Shown piece by piece: positions 1-10,487 of a stretch of DNA of 32,733 bases (position 1 is the stretch's first letter; each line of letters starts with the position of its first letter). The notes below the pieces were generated by a model. The model worked only from the letters and a program-made list of their open reading frames with translations, was not told where the DNA came from and searched no databases. Origin of the DNA: a virus (taxonomy: Duplodnaviria; Heunggongvirae; Uroviricota; Caudoviricetes); IMG/VR virus record IMGVR_UViG_2654587685_000006; one strand, 5' to 3'. Made by a program: the position numbers and the translations under genes.

Positions 1-60
1 CCGGTTTTCCTGTGCCGTCTTTCAGTACACCTGAAATCTTTACTGCCATATTCACCCCAC

Positions 61-86
61 AAAAAAGCCCGCCTGAACCGGCGGGC
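61..86 (-). terminator. Rho-independent terminator downstream of lom
   Basis: Minus-strand hairpin GCCCGCC-ggttca-GGCGGGC (fwd 67-86) followed by T6 (fwd A-run 61-66), directly after lom stop. Confidence 0.5.
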
Positions 87-113
87 TGTCATAACACTGT
101 GTTACCTGGCTAA

Positions 114-713
114 TCAGAACTTATAACCGACACCCACGATGAAACCGTCAGTGCGCCAGTCGCCACTGCCGGAGCCTTCATAAGCAATATCAATGGCCAC
201 GGATTCGGTCGGGTTAAACTGCACGCCAGCTCCCCACGCCAGAGACGTGTTGCTGTGGCGACCGTCATCACTTCCGGTCAGTACATCGTGCGTTTTCCCC
301 TTGTTGTCAGTTACGCGAAGATAATCCCCGGAGAAAGTCGACACACGGCTGTAAGCCACACCCGCCATCGCATACGCGCTGAACCATTCATTCACGCGCA
401 CAGACGGCCCCGCCATCACGCTGAACCAGCGGTTACGCACGGAATCTTCATGCCAGCGGGTATCGCTGTAATGGGTCAGCTGGCGATTCTTGTCTCCTGC
501 ATAGCTGAATGACGTCACCATCCCCAGTGTGCCCGTAAACTCATAACGGTATTTCACGTTAATCCCGTTCAGATCATCGCTGCCGGGAACGTTGGTCCGG
601 GCATGAAGATACCCCGCGCTCAGCGTGGACTGATGTTCAGATGCCCATGCAGGCGCACCGGATACGGCCAGACAAATGGCTGCGGACAAAATGGCGGCAT
701 AAAGTTTACGCAT
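114..713 (-). CDS. lom: Lom/Ail family outer-membrane beta-barrel protein (lambda Lom homolog)
   Basis: 199-aa ORF with N-terminal signal peptide (AAICLAVSGAPAWA) and C-terminus ...DIAYEGSGSGDWRTDGFIVGVGYKF, as I recall for lambda Lom; GAGG Shine-Dalgarno upstream; sits immediately after J as in lambda. Confidence 0.85.
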   Translation of the reverse strand: MRKLYAAILSAAICLAVSGAPAWASEHQSTLSAGYLHARTNVPGSDDLNGINVKYRYEFTGTLGMVTSFSYAGDKNRQLTHYSDTRWHEDSVRNRWFSVMAGPSVRVNEWFSAYAMAGVAYSRVSTFSGDYLRVTDNKGKTHDVLTGSDDGRHSNTSLAWGAGVQFNPTESVAIDIAYEGSGSGDWRTDGFIVGVGYKF

Positions 714-736
714 AATTACCTCTCGCTTTTCTGCAA

Positions 737-760
737 TAAAAAAGGCACCATTTCTGGTGC
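737..760 (-). terminator. Hairpin plus T-run between J and lom (terminator/attenuator)
   Basis: Minus-strand stem GGCACCA-gaaa-TGGTGCC (fwd 743-760) followed by T6 (fwd 737-742). Confidence 0.4.
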
Positions 761-782
761 CCTTATATGGGTTATAACAATT

Positions 783-3700
783 TCAACGAATACTGATGCC
801 GGAAGCGGCTTTTTTGGTCACAATCACCGTACAGTCGGTGATATTACCTGCCCACTGATTGCCTTTATGGAAAACCTTAAACTCCAGAGTGACGCTTCCC
901 CTGCCACTCGGCATATCAATAACCGCACTGTAGCTACCGGGAATGGCCCCTTTAGTTTCTCTGGATGCGATTAATACACCGTTTTTGCGAACTTCAAAAC
1001 CATAACCCGTGTATCTTGTACCTCCCGGGTTATTACCACTTCCCGGATGGCTATACGCTATTCCGTTAAAGATAATGGGCGGAATAATGATTTGACGGTC
1101 AAAGTTATGATCATCGCTGATGGTGACTGTAACCGTCCCGTTTGGTGTTTCCGTGTTACCCCACGTACCAGCCTGTTTCGGAAATGATTTGGATACAGCT
1201 TTAACGAAGTCACCTCTGACCTGAGTCGCCTCCAGCATGCCCTTAATCGTACAGTTTTCATTTACCGTGACATTGTTGAGCGTCCCGGCGTTCGCATTCA
1301 CACTGCCACTGATATCCGCATTTTTAGCGGTCAGCTTTCCGTCCGGTGTCAGGGAAAATGCCGGCGGATTTCCACCGCTGGTAATGGTGGGAGCCGTCAG
1401 GCGTTTCAGGAACACGTCATTCATGAATATCTGATCACCCTGACCAACAAACATCGGTTTTGTGTTGCCATTTGCAGGATTAATCATCGCAATCCTGTCC
1501 GCCGCCAGCAGCACCTGACTCTGCATGCCGTCAGGGGTGTTCTCAATACCGGCACCGATACCCGCAATATAAAGGCGTCCGTCCTGCATCTGCTGCAGCT
1601 TCACTGCCCACATGCTGTTCAGGTTATTATTTGTATCAACCTGAACCTTCTGTATCTGCTGGATCGCTGCACTCTGGTCTTCCAGTTTCTTATTGACGGT
1701 CTGTGTTATTTCATTGCTGACATCCGTTATGGACGTCCTGATTTCAGTCAGGTCAGGCGCAAGCTGACCGTTATCAATCTGCGTCCACAGCTCCTGAGCC
1801 AGATGGGTTTTCCCTATCTCGCCTTTGAAAAAATCCAGATAGCCTGATGCATCATCACTCGGCTGACCGACAGCCTCCACGAATGCTGATTTGCCAACAG
1901 TGTTCACACTGCGAACGTAAAAATAATAATCATGGCCCGGCTTAATATTGATACTGGCAGCTATCCAGTACAGCGCCGTACCAAGATAGCGCGCTGTGGT
2001 TTCAACCTGCCTGATATCCGCAATCCGCTTTTCCGAGAACCAGAACTCAAACTGTACCGTCGGATCATAAACGGCAAGATGCGGCGTGGCGGTTATCTGA
2101 AAATAGCCCGGCGTCAGCTCAATCCGCGACGGTGCTGCCGGTGCGGCAATCCGGAACGATACCGATGCCGGATCGCCCTGCTGTCCCCACGCATTTACCG
2201 CCCGGACTGTCAGCCTGTAGTTCCCCAGCGCCAGCTGCCTGAAGCGGTATGTGGTTTCCGTCGTCCGGGCTGTGCTGACCAGCCGCTCCCTGCCATCGTC
2301 CGCTGCCACGGTCAGGCGAAGCAGGAAGCTCACGCCCTTCACCACTTTCGGCGTGTCCCATCGCGCCAGCACCTGATATTCCCCGCTGTCTGCGGTGACT
2401 TCGGCGGTCAGGTGCTGCACCGCTGGCGGCGTGACACCATTCACCGTGCCGCTCTGGTCGCCGTCAAAGTGCGCCCCGTTATCCACGATGGCCTCTTTCT
2501 CCGGCACATGCTGCACGGCGGTGATGGCATACGCGCCGTCGTCGTTCTCACGGATGCTCACGCAGCGGAACAGGCGCTGGCGCAGCGTCGGCAGCTTCAG
2601 CCCCCACACGCTGTATTCTGCAACGCCGTCAGGAACATGGCTCACTTTCACCTTCACGCCGTCGGTGACGGACTGAACCTCCACGCTGACCGGATTGCCA
2701 CTTCCGTCAACCAGGCTTATCAGCGTGGTACCGGAGGATGGCAGCATGATTTCACGGTCGAGCGTCAGCGTCCGGGTCTGGCTGTTCACCGCCAGCACGC
2801 GACCACCGGTGCTGATACCGGCATAGTCATCATCGCAGATTTCAATGACATCGCCCGGTACATGGCGAAGCCCTTCTGCGCCAACGCTGAAGTCCACGGT
2901 CTGCGTTTCCAGCAGTTCTGTTTTAATCAGCCACAGCCCGGCGCGGTGTGCCTGCCCCCGGCTGGTACAGCCAAAGGCATCCATCTTCGTGACGTTACGA
3001 CCGTAACGGGCAATGGCCTGCGTGTCCTCCACAAGCTCTGTTGCCGTCTCCCAGCCGTTGTCCGGGTCAATCCAGTTCATCTCAACGGCATTATGGCGGT
3101 CCTTCAGGGCGCTGAAGCTGTAGCGGAACGGCGCGCCATCATCCGGCATCACCACATTACTGCGGTTATAGGTCCACACCTTATCCGACGGCCGGTCCTG
3201 CACGAACGTCAGCGTCTGCCCGTTCCATACCGGCATACAGCGCATCGCCGAGCAAAAATCACTGAGAACATCCCACGCCTTACGCTGTGTGGTCAGGTAC
3301 GCATTACAGGTGATGCGCGGCTCCGTGCCGCCAAAGCCGTCCGGCACCGACTGGTCGCAGTACTGGCCGATGACATACAGCGCCCATTTATCCACATCCG
3401 CCGCACCAAGACGTTTTCCCATGCCGTAGCGCGGGTGGGTCAGCATATCCCACAGACACCAGGCCATGTTGTTGCTGTATGCCGGTTTTAACGTTCCGTC
3501 CCAGATACCACTGTATTGCCGCGTCTGCGGGTTATAGTTCGACGGCACCTGCAGAATACGCCCGCGCAGATGATAATTACGGCTCACCTGCTGGCTGCCG
3601 AACTGCTCCGAGTCCACCTGCACGCCGACCAGTGCCGTGTTCGGGTAGCACTGTTTCACATCGATGATTTCGGTGTATGACGACCAGAGCGTTTTGTTCT

Positions 3701-4280
3701 GCAGCTGGTCTGTGGTGCTGTCCGGCGTCATCCTGCGCATCCGGATACTGAACGGGCGCGGCGGCAGGTTATCCACCACCACCGAGGCCAGATACTGTGA
3801 GGTGGTTTTTCCCTTAATGGTGATGTCTTTTTCCGTCACCCAGCCACCGTTACGTTGTATCTGAACCAGCAGGCGGACTTCCGACGGATTCCGGTCCCCC
3901 TTTGAGGTGGTTTCCACCAGTGCCTGCACGCCGAAAGTAAAACGCAGACGGTCAATGTTTGCCGACGTAATGGTGCGGGTGATCGGCGTGTCGTACTTCA
4001 CTTCCGTACCCAGTACCGTCTCGGAGCCGGAGGATTCAAATCCCTCCGGCGGAGTCTGCTCCTGCTCACCGGCCCGGAACACCACCGTGACGCCGGATAT
4101 ATTGGTATTCCCCTCACTGTCCAGCACCGGCGTACTGTTCAGCAGCACGCTTTTTAATCCATCCACCGGACCTTCAATCGGCCCTTCGCTGATGGCATCA
4201 ATCACACTCAACAGCTGCGTGGATTTCAGGTTATCTTTCGCTTCGCGCGGGGTATGCCCCTTACTGCTGCCTTTACCCAT
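783..4280 (-). CDS. J: Tail tip / host-specificity protein J (central tail fibre)
   Basis: 1165-aa ORF; N-terminus [26 protein letters not shown]... and overall architecture match lambda J as recalled; position I then J then lom conserved. Confidence 0.9.
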   Translation of the reverse strand: MGKGSSKGHTPREAKDNLKSTQLLSVIDAISEGPIEGPVDGLKSVLLNSTPVLDSEGNTNISGVTVVFRAGEQEQTPPEGFESSGSETVLGTEVKYDTPITRTITSANIDRLRFTFGVQALVETTSKGDRNPSEVRLLVQIQRNGGWVTEKDITIKGKTTSQYLASVVVDNLPPRPFSIRMRRMTPDSTTDQLQNKTLWSSYTEIIDVKQCYPNTALVGVQVDSEQFGSQQVSRNYHLRGRILQVPSNYNPQTRQYSGIWDGTLKPAYSNNMAWCLWDMLTHPRYGMGKRLGAADVDKWALYVIGQYCDQSVPDGFGGTEPRITCNAYLTTQRKAWDVLSDFCSAMRCMPVWNGQTLTFVQDRPSDKVWTYNRSNVVMPDDGAPFRYSFSALKDRHNAVEMNWIDPDNGWETATELVEDTQAIARYGRNVTKMDAFGCTSRGQAHRAGLWLIKTELLETQTVDFSVGAEGLRHVPGDVIEICDDDYAGISTGGRVLAVNSQTRTLTLDREIMLPSSGTTLISLVDGSGNPVSVEVQSVTDGVKVKVSHVPDGVAEYSVWGLKLPTLRQRLFRCVSIRENDDGAYAITAVQHVPEKEAIVDNGAHFDGDQSGTVNGVTPPAVQHLTAEVTADSGEYQVLARWDTPKVVKGVSFLLRLTVAADDGRERLVSTARTTETTYRFRQLALGNYRLTVRAVNAWGQQGDPASVSFRIAAPAAPSRIELTPGYFQITATPHLAVYDPTVQFEFWFSEKRIADIRQVETTARYLGTALYWIAASINIKPGHDYYFYVRSVNTVGKSAFVEAVGQPSDDASGYLDFFKGEIGKTHLAQELWTQIDNGQLAPDLTEIRTSITDVSNEITQTVNKKLEDQSAAIQQIQKVQVDTNNNLNSMWAVKLQQMQDGRLYIAGIGAGIENTPDGMQSQVLLAADRIAMINPANGNTKPMFVGQGDQIFMNDVFLKRLTAPTITSGGNPPAFSLTPDGKLTAKNADISGSVNANAGTLNNVTVNENCTIKGMLEATQVRGDFVKAVSKSFPKQAGTWGNTETPNGTVTVTISDDHNFDRQIIIPPIIFNGIAYSHPGSGNNPGGTRYTGYGFEVRKNGVLIASRETKGAIPGSYSAVIDMPSGRGSVTLEFKVFHKGNQWAGNITDCTVIVTKKAASGISIR

Positions 4281-4297
4281 TCGTCATGCTCCATAAA

Positions 4298-4321
4298 CGA
4301 CAAAACCGCCCGGAGGCGGTT
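4298..4321 (-). terminator. Weak hairpin between I and J
   Basis: Minus-strand stem AACCGCC-tccg-GGCGGTT followed by TTTTG; weak U-tract, may be an attenuator or stability element. Confidence 0.25.
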
Positions 4322-4340
4322 TCACATAAAACATTTTGCA

Positions 4341-4982
4341 TCAGCGACCAATCACCACAACCTGACCACCATCCCCTTCGTCTGCCGTGCTGATCTCCTG
4401 AGAAACCACGCGTGACCCCACGCGCATTTCACCGTACAGAACAGGCAGAACATTGCCCTGGGCAACCATGTTATCCAGTGAAGAGAAATAGGTGTTCTGT
4501 TTGCCGTTATCCGTTGTCTGTGTGCGGGGAGTTCTGGGTTTAGGGGCCAGCATCTGTGCAACACCGCCAAGCGTCATACTGGCACCGAGAGAAAACAGCA
4601 GATTACTCGCCATAATTCCCACCCCCGGCATCCATATAGCAACCGCCATAACAGCAGCGCCCAGCACAGCCTGAAACACGCCGCCACTTTTAGCCCCTGC
4701 CAGACGCGGCACGATGTGGATCACGGCCCCATTCGCCAGCGGTTCATTAAGACGGGCTGATAATTCTGTTTCACCTGTATCACGCCCAGCAATGCGTACC
4801 TGATACCAGCCGTCGCTCAGCTTCTGACGAAACGCCGGAAACTGCATAGCCAGCGCCCGGATGGCTTCGGCTCCCGTTTTCACTCGCAGATCGATGCGGC
4901 GGCCAAATCGTTGTAAATCCCCGTAAAGGCAGATGCGTGCCATGCCCGGTGACGCCAGAGGGAGTGTGTGCGTCGCTGCCAT
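4341..4982 (-). CDS. I: Tail assembly protein I
   Basis: 213-aa ORF; N-terminus MAATHTLPLASPGMARICLYGDLQRFGRRIDLRVKTGAEAIRAL and C-terminus ...NVLPVLYGEMRVGSRVVSQEISTADEGDGGQVVVIGR match lambda gpI as recalled. Confidence 0.9.
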   Translation of the reverse strand: MAATHTLPLASPGMARICLYGDLQRFGRRIDLRVKTGAEAIRALAMQFPAFRQKLSDGWYQVRIAGRDTGETELSARLNEPLANGAVIHIVPRLAGAKSGGVFQAVLGAAVMAVAIWMPGVGIMASNLLFSLGASMTLGGVAQMLAPKPRTPRTQTTDNGKQNTYFSSLDNMVAQGNVLPVLYGEMRVGSRVVSQEISTADEGDGGQVVVIGR

Positions 4983-5632
4983 TTGTCGGTATACCTCTCT
5001 CGTTTGCTCAGTTGTTCAGGAATATGGTGCAGCAGCTCGCCGTCACCACAGTAAATGGCGGCATGATTCGGCACCGATGAACCAAAGCAGCACAGCAGCA
5101 CGTCGCCAGGCTGCGCCTCTGTCAGTGCGACACGGTAAAAACCAGTCGTCTCCATATTGTCAAGATAGAGATTCTGACCGTTACGCCACCAGTCATCCCC
5201 GCGATGAAAATCCGGCATCTCAATTCCCACCAGATGGTAAGCGTCCCGGAACAGCGTGTAACAGTCCGTTACCCCGTGCTCAAAGCGCCGCCCGGTGAGA
5301 TGCGGCACACAGCGGAATTTATGAATCGCCCCCCGGCAGACCAGCCACCACGGCAAATCACTCTGTACCTGCAGCCGCCGGTCGGCCTCACTCAGCCAGG
5401 GCAGACCACCGGGGTGGCTGTGGACCAGCGCCACAATCTCACCCTGCATCTCTGCCTGCAGCCAGTCTTCCGGCGACATACGGAAATACGCCTCCGGCTC
5501 ACCGGAGATATTCACGCAGGGAAAATATCTTTCCCCTTCCGGCGCTCTCACCACGAAGCCGCACGACTCCGCTGGCGCACATCGCCGGGCGTGCGCCAGA
5601 ATCGCTGATTCTGTCTCTGTCATGGGATTCAC
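4880..5632 (-). CDS. K: Tail tip assembly protein K (JAB/MPN plus NlpC/P60-like domains)
   Basis: N-terminus MNPMTETESAILAHARRCAPAESCGFVV as recalled for lambda K; HSHPGG metalloprotease-like motif and a downstream Cys/His region; 3' end overlaps I by about 100 nt in another frame. Confidence 0.85.
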   Translation of the reverse strand: MNPMTETESAILAHARRCAPAESCGFVVRAPEGERYFPCVNISGEPEAYFRMSPEDWLQAEMQGEIVALVHSHPGGLPWLSEADRRLQVQSDLPWWLVCRGAIHKFRCVPHLTGRRFEHGVTDCYTLFRDAYHLVGIEMPDFHRGDDWWRNGQNLYLDNMETTGFYRVALTEAQPGDVLLCCFGSSVPNHAAIYCGDGELLHHIPEQLSKRERYTDKWQRRTHSLWRHRAWHASAFTGIYNDLAAASICE

Positions 5633-6327
5633 TGCGAAAGTTTGTTAATGGAAAGGAAGCCGCCAAAGTTGCCGACGTTATTGCGGAACTTACAACCGCT
5701 CAGGCATTTGCTGCATTTATCCTTCGTGATGTCGGACGTTGGCTGGTCATATTCATCCGCGACCGCCGGACCGTGATAACCGCACTCATCGCCGCGATAG
5801 GTCCAGGTGCAGGTGTTGGCCAGCATAATACGTCCCGGAAAAACGGCACCATCCGTTTCCGTCGGTGTGGACAACACAAAGGAGGCACTGACCGCACTCA
5901 GTTCGCTGCACTGCTCGATGCGCCAGCGGCTGATCACCTCCTGCTCCGGATCGGCGTCGCTGTTTCCGTTGACGAAGTTCACCGCATCCAGAAAACGGGC
6001 GTAAACCTTACGCCTGACCACCGTTCCGCCGACCAGACTCTGCAGGTCTTCCGCCATCCCGGTGACCATGCCGTGCAGGTTAGAAACCGTCAGTGTCGGA
6101 CGGGCAGCACTGCCCTTGCCGTTCAGTTCAAATCCCGTCCCCTGAATGGGGTATGCCTGATACTGCCGCCCCTGCCAGGTAACCGGCTCACCTTTTTCGT
6201 TCTGCTCATTACAGAAAAAATAACGTTCACCACCGACCTCTGTCAGATCGATTTCCCAGAGCACCACCTGGGCTGACTGAGTGAGGCGTGTCGTCTCATG
6301 ATGTGTTTCCTGTGGAATATCCTGCAT
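5629..6327 (-). CDS. L: Minor tail protein L
   Basis: 232-aa ORF, same length and position as lambda gpL; Cys-rich C-terminal region (CSKCLSGCKF); overlaps K start by 4 nt. Confidence 0.9.
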   Translation of the reverse strand: MQDIPQETHHETTRLTQSAQVVLWEIDLTEVGGERYFFCNEQNEKGEPVTWQGRQYQAYPIQGTGFELNGKGSAARPTLTVSNLHGMVTGMAEDLQSLVGGTVVRRKVYARFLDAVNFVNGNSDADPEQEVISRWRIEQCSELSAVSASFVLSTPTETDGAVFPGRIMLANTCTWTYRGDECGYHGPAVADEYDQPTSDITKDKCSKCLSGCKFRNNVGNFGGFLSINKLSQ

Positions 6328-6336
6328 CAGAGCCTC

Positions 6337-6666
6337 CTATGCCACGACCTGTTCAAAATCTGCCGTTATGGTTACCCACAGCGCCCCTACGCTCGCCGAC
6401 CATTTACGACAAACCACCCTGATCGGCTTCCAGTCATAAGGTGGCGTCCACTGAAATGCGCGGACGCCACCGTGCCGTTCCAGAAAGGCTTTTAAAGATG
6501 GGTGTTCACATTTACGAACACGTATCGTCACGCTGTAAGTCGATAACTGGTTATTCAGTCCCGCCGCACGACGCTGTTCATAACCATCGCCCAGCTTCAC
6601 TGTCACCACTTTCGGCTCTGATACCACATTCATATCCGGGCGCACTTTCCAGTGAAACGTCTCCAT
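6337..6666 (-). CDS. M: Minor tail protein M
   Basis: 109-aa ORF METFHWKVRPDMNVVSEPKVV...; same size and position as lambda gpM. Confidence 0.9.
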   Translation of the reverse strand: METFHWKVRPDMNVVSEPKVVTVKLGDGYEQRRAAGLNNQLSTYSVTIRVRKCEHPSLKAFLERHGGVRAFQWTPPYDWKPIRVVCRKWSASVGALWVTITADFEQVVA

Positions 6667-9600
6667 TACCGATATGCTCCACTTAACCGACCACCATCAC
6701 GGGACTGCTGTTGCATAAAGTCCGCTGCTGCTTTTTTCCCGAGGTCATAAACCACCTTCAGGGCAGCCGGACCTATCTGCCCGTTCGTGCCATCGTTATT
6801 GATCTCGATGTTGTACTGCGGGGCAAACATCGCCATACCTGAACCACCAATCTCCGCCACAACCCCCAGCTTACCGTCAGCACCACGACGCAGAGGCAGA
6901 ATGGCTTCAGGCCCAGCTTCCCCCATCACACCCGCGCCTTTTGCAAAAGCAAAAAACGTCGGACGGTTAACTACCGTGCCACTGTAGCGACTCAAATCAG
7001 CAGACTGATAAACACCTCCATCCGCATTGGGCGTCACACTGGCAGCTGCTGCCCTCCCCCAGCCAAACGCCGAACCAATCCCCTTCACTGCCTGCATCAT
7101 AACCATCTGCGACATGATTTTTGCCAGATCAGAAAGGAGCGAGGCGGTAAAAGATTTGAAGTTCAGTTTTCCGGTGGTGCAGAACGTCGCCAGTGCATTA
7201 CCTGCGCTGTTAAATGCCGCTGTAAACATCTGCTCAGCGGTACCTGCCGCGTTATCCGCACTCTCTGTAAAATTCTGAAACGCCCGCATGGCACCGTTTT
7301 TCCAGTTACCCTGAGCAATTTCAAGCTGTTGCCAGTAACGGCGATTCTCATTCAGTTGCCTGTTCAGGCTCTCCGTCAGCGCCTGCTCGGCCTTTCTGTA
7401 GTCATCCGTGTTATATGTCCCTTTCTGCTCACTATCCCGCCTCAACTGCTCCAGCTGTTGCTGGTATTTCTGGCGAAGACTCAGTTGTACCTGATATCGC
7501 TGCCGCTGCTGATCACCCATACCCACCGTGGCGATATCCAGGTCATGTTGCTGACGCTGAGCGCGCTCTTCTTCAGCCAGTTGACTGGTCAGCTGAATTG
7601 TTTTTTTCTTCAGCTCGTTGAGTGCCGTCTGTTTCTGAAGCTCCTGCTGTTTTAAATCCAGCAGCGTCAGTGCCTGAATCAGTTCATCTTTACGGGCCAG
7701 CACACTCTTTTCATCTGCCGTCAGTTTTTTCCCGTCCAGGTCGCTGATGCGCTGCTGCAGAGCCAGAAGCTGTTTATGCGCTTCTGTCATCTTTTTAGTG
7801 GCAATACCTGCTGACTGTCTTGCAGCAGCAACCTGCCCTTCCACCTGTGCCTGTTGCTGACTGTACTGCAGCAATAACCGGGTGGCCTCATCATTACGTG
7901 TTTTTTTCTTATCGGATGCCAGGGCTTTCTTGTAACGTTCATTTTCACGTTGTATCGCCGCATCCCTGACAGCCTGATCGGCGTACTGCATGGCATTAAT
8001 ACGCGCAATTTCACGCTTATGCCGTGCTGCTTTCGTTTCATTCATCCGGTTCAGTGCAGCATTTTCAGCATTACGGCGTTTCTGTTGCTCCTGATAATTC
8101 CGCTCTGCCTGCTCTTTTGCATCCTGCAAATCCTTCTGGCGTTTTTTCTCCTGAAGATCGTTAAGACGCCGCTGATCGTATTCAACCTGCAAAGATAATT
8201 CCGTCCATGGGAGTCTTTTCGCCCGCGACACTTTCTCCTGTAAAGCGGCAATCTGCGCATCCAGCGAATCTTCACGACCAATATTTATGGCCGCATCCCA
8301 GAAACGACTCCACAAATCAGACAGATACTTCAGCGTACTGCCCAGCGCATTGAGGTTATTATCAATATCCGCAGTACGCCGACCGGTTTCCTCTGCCAGT
8401 GCAGACATGGCTATCCGTGCAGCATCACTGGACCGCCCCTGATCTCCAAGGACGCGTATCTGCTCAAGCTGAGTGGCAGTAAGAAAATGCAGCTCATTGT
8501 CCAGAGCCTTCGCGGCATTTACAGGATCATCCTTCAGCCGCTTAAACTGATTTATGGTATCGCTGACCGACTGGCCAACCGATCGCTCCATCTGTGCGGC
8601 AGCTCTCGCCACCATACCGATATCGTTTCCACGAAATGCACCACTCCCCACCACCTGAGCCAGCGCACCGGCTGCAGCATGTTGCGTGATACCATTCCCG
8701 GAAATAGCACGACTGAGCACCCACAGCTGCCCGGCAGTGACTCCGGCATAATGTCCCGTCAGCGACAGCTGGCGGTTAAATTCTTCCCCCTCCTTCTGAC
8801 CGTCATACCAGGCTTTACCCAGACCATAGACGGCCGCGGCAATACCGCCAATAACCCCGCCAAGCATCATGCCTTTCGGTGACATCAGTGTGTCTATCCA
8901 TCCGGCACGGTTAGCCAGCGTTATCCCGGATCCCCTCAGCGCCCCTAAATTGCCGCGGGCCAGTTCACCTATCAGAACGCCTATCTCCTGGCGGGCTGCT
9001 GCACTTTTCAGACCCAGCGAATGCGTGGCTTTTCCTGCCCGCTCCATTTTGCGGATATACACTTCTGCAGCACCGCTTACCCCCAGCTGGGCTGCCCTGG
9101 CGCGAAGCAACTCAGAAGATGAAAGATTCTGGCGGGTTGCCTGCTCTTTAAGCTGACGGATAAACGCCACTTTCTGTCGGGTAGCCTCTTCCTCAGCCTG
9201 TGTAAGAACACGGGTTTTCGCAGCAACCTCAGAAATCAGCGCCAGATAATCCTGCTGACCAATCCCGCCACTGTTTCTGGCCTGTCGGATCTGCTGCTGA
9301 ATACGCTGTAATTCCTGCAGCCCCGCACTGGCCTGTTTCACACTGTCAATCTGACGATAAAACGCAGCAGCCGCTTTATCCTGAGCCTCCGCCAGAGCCA
9401 TGGCCTGCGCCTGTTCCTCGCGCATTTTCTGGCTCAGTGCCTCCATGCGCTGGCGGGTTTTCTCCACCTCACGGGCCATGCGTTCATGGGCCTGTGCGTT
9501 CTTCTCCACCGTCTGCGCATGGACGGATGCGGCTGTTGCAGCCGAAGAAGCCGCCTGCGTTGTCTGCCGGGCGGCCTGAGTCTGACGCTCCATAAAACGC

Positions 9601-9731
9601 TGCATACGGGCAGAAGACCGTTCTGCATCGCTGGCTGCACCATTCAGAAGGTTTTTGATACGGGGAATTTCATTTTTAAACTCTGCCGCATCAATCCCCA
9701 AATCAATGACCAGGTTGGCTATCTGGTCCAT
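6666..9731 (-). CDS. H: Tail tape measure protein H
   Basis: Roughly 1020-aa, Ala/Gln/Arg/Glu-rich coiled-coil ORF with a Gly-rich C-terminal region, downstream of G-T. ORF track begins at a TTG at 9761; the ATG at 9731 (MDQIANLVIDLG) has a GGAGGT SD 7 nt upstream and is preferred. Confidence 0.85.
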   Translation of the reverse strand: MDQIANLVIDLGIDAAEFKNEIPRIKNLLNGAASDAERSSARMQRFMERQTQAARQTTQAASSAATAASVHAQTVEKNAQAHERMAREVEKTRQRMEALSQKMREEQAQAMALAEAQDKAAAAFYRQIDSVKQASAGLQELQRIQQQIRQARNSGGIGQQDYLALISEVAAKTRVLTQAEEEATRQKVAFIRQLKEQATRQNLSSSELLRARAAQLGVSGAAEVYIRKMERAGKATHSLGLKSAAARQEIGVLIGELARGNLGALRGSGITLANRAGWIDTLMSPKGMMLGGVIGGIAAAVYGLGKAWYDGQKEGEEFNRQLSLTGHYAGVTAGQLWVLSRAISGNGITQHAAAGALAQVVGSGAFRGNDIGMVARAAAQMERSVGQSVSDTINQFKRLKDDPVNAAKALDNELHFLTATQLEQIRVLGDQGRSSDAARIAMSALAEETGRRTADIDNNLNALGSTLKYLSDLWSRFWDAAINIGREDSLDAQIAALQEKVSRAKRLPWTELSLQVEYDQRRLNDLQEKKRQKDLQDAKEQAERNYQEQQKRRNAENAALNRMNETKAARHKREIARINAMQYADQAVRDAAIQRENERYKKALASDKKKTRNDEATRLLLQYSQQQAQVEGQVAAARQSAGIATKKMTEAHKQLLALQQRISDLDGKKLTADEKSVLARKDELIQALTLLDLKQQELQKQTALNELKKKTIQLTSQLAEEERAQRQQHDLDIATVGMGDQQRQRYQVQLSLRQKYQQQLEQLRRDSEQKGTYNTDDYRKAEQALTESLNRQLNENRRYWQQLEIAQGNWKNGAMRAFQNFTESADNAAGTAEQMFTAAFNSAGNALATFCTTGKLNFKSFTASLLSDLAKIMSQMVMMQAVKGIGSAFGWGRAAAASVTPNADGGVYQSADLSRYSGTVVNRPTFFAFAKGAGVMGEAGPEAILPLRRGADGKLGVVAEIGGSGMAMFAPQYNIEINNDGTNGQIGPAALKVVYDLGKKAAADFMQQQSRDGGRLSGAYR

Positions 9732-10430
9732 AACGCACACCTCCGGAAATACCTTCCCCAAGATGCATCAGTTCTTCGTCCGTTCGCTCCGGTATCCCGT
9801 TCTCTTCCGGTAAAAGGCTGAAATCAGCCACCACAGCATCACTGCTGCCGGACACCATTCTCACGATCAATGCCTTCAGCGAGGCAAACTGCGCATCCAT
9901 CCACACATCACTGAAGCTCTGCATCCGGAAATAATCGCCCCACTCACCAAGCTCAGTGGCCGACATTTCCGACAGCATCCGCCGCCAGTCTGCCCGCCGG
10001 AACTCCCGGGCAAGCCGCATGACAAACTGCATTTCCCGCGTCAGGACTTTTCCGGCGTCAGCACCTCATGCTCCAAATCCCCGGCATTCTCAATGGCTCC
10101 CATACCGCTCAGCGACAGAACCATCTCTGCCCCCGCCCCCAGGGCATCATACGACCATGTTGTAATAACGGATGCGTAAAGCGTCTCAACATCCTGAGAC
10201 TGTTCCGCATTCCACAGTGAGCGGGAAACCAGCCAGGCATTGATATCCATCCCCATCCGCAGAAAAGCAATCTGTCGTTCAGCCCCCGGCAGCTCTCCCT
10301 CCCCGGCATCAAACTTTGCCGTTCGCTGCTGAACAAACGTCAGATATTCAATTCTCTGCAGCCCGGACAGCTCACTGAGCACCACGGACTGTTTTTCATA
10401 ATTAAACGTGTCCTGTTTCAGAAACATCAT
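9703..10430 (-). CDS. T: Tail assembly chaperone G-T fusion (programmed -1 frameshift product; T-frame portion about 9703-10057)
   Basis: T-frame ORF (MQFVMRLAREF...) lies in the -1 frame relative to G and overlaps the end of G; the only window open in both frames is GAGGTGCTGACGCCGGAAAAGTCCTGA just before the G stop. Arrangement as in lambda G/GT. Confidence 0.6.
10041..10430 (-). CDS. G: Tail assembly chaperone G
   Basis: ORF ending ...GDLEHEVLTPEKS; preferred start MMFLKQDTFNYEKQ with AGGT SD 8 nt upstream; between V and H. Confidence 0.85.
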   Translation of the reverse strand: MMFLKQDTFNYEKQSVVLSELSGLQRIEYLTFVQQRTAKFDAGEGELPGAERQIAFLRMGMDINAWLVSRSLWNAEQSQDVETLYASVITTWSYDALGAGAEMVLSLSGMGAIENAGDLEHEVLTPEKS

Positions 10431-10443
10431 GTTCTCTACCTGC

Positions 10444-10467
10444 AAAAAAGCCCCGGATAACCGGGGC
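10444..10467 (-). terminator. Hairpin plus T6 between V and G (putative attenuator)
   Basis: Minus-strand stem GCCCCGG-ttat-CCGGGGC followed by TTTTTT, between V stop (10488) and G start (10430). Confidence 0.4.
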
Positions 10468-10487
10468 AAATGATGAGTATCGTCCTG

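Noticed and set aside
1932-3491. 519-aa plus-strand ORF
   Set aside because: Lies entirely antisense within the J gene; Arg/Cys/Pro-rich low-complexity translation typical of an antisense frame of a GC-rich gene; no RBS context.
4880-4982. Possible misannotation of K/I overlap as a frameshift
   Set aside because: The roughly 100-nt overlap of K 3' end with I 5' end is in different frames with each ORF intact; overlapping tail genes are normal in lambda-like phages and there is no slippery site evidence.
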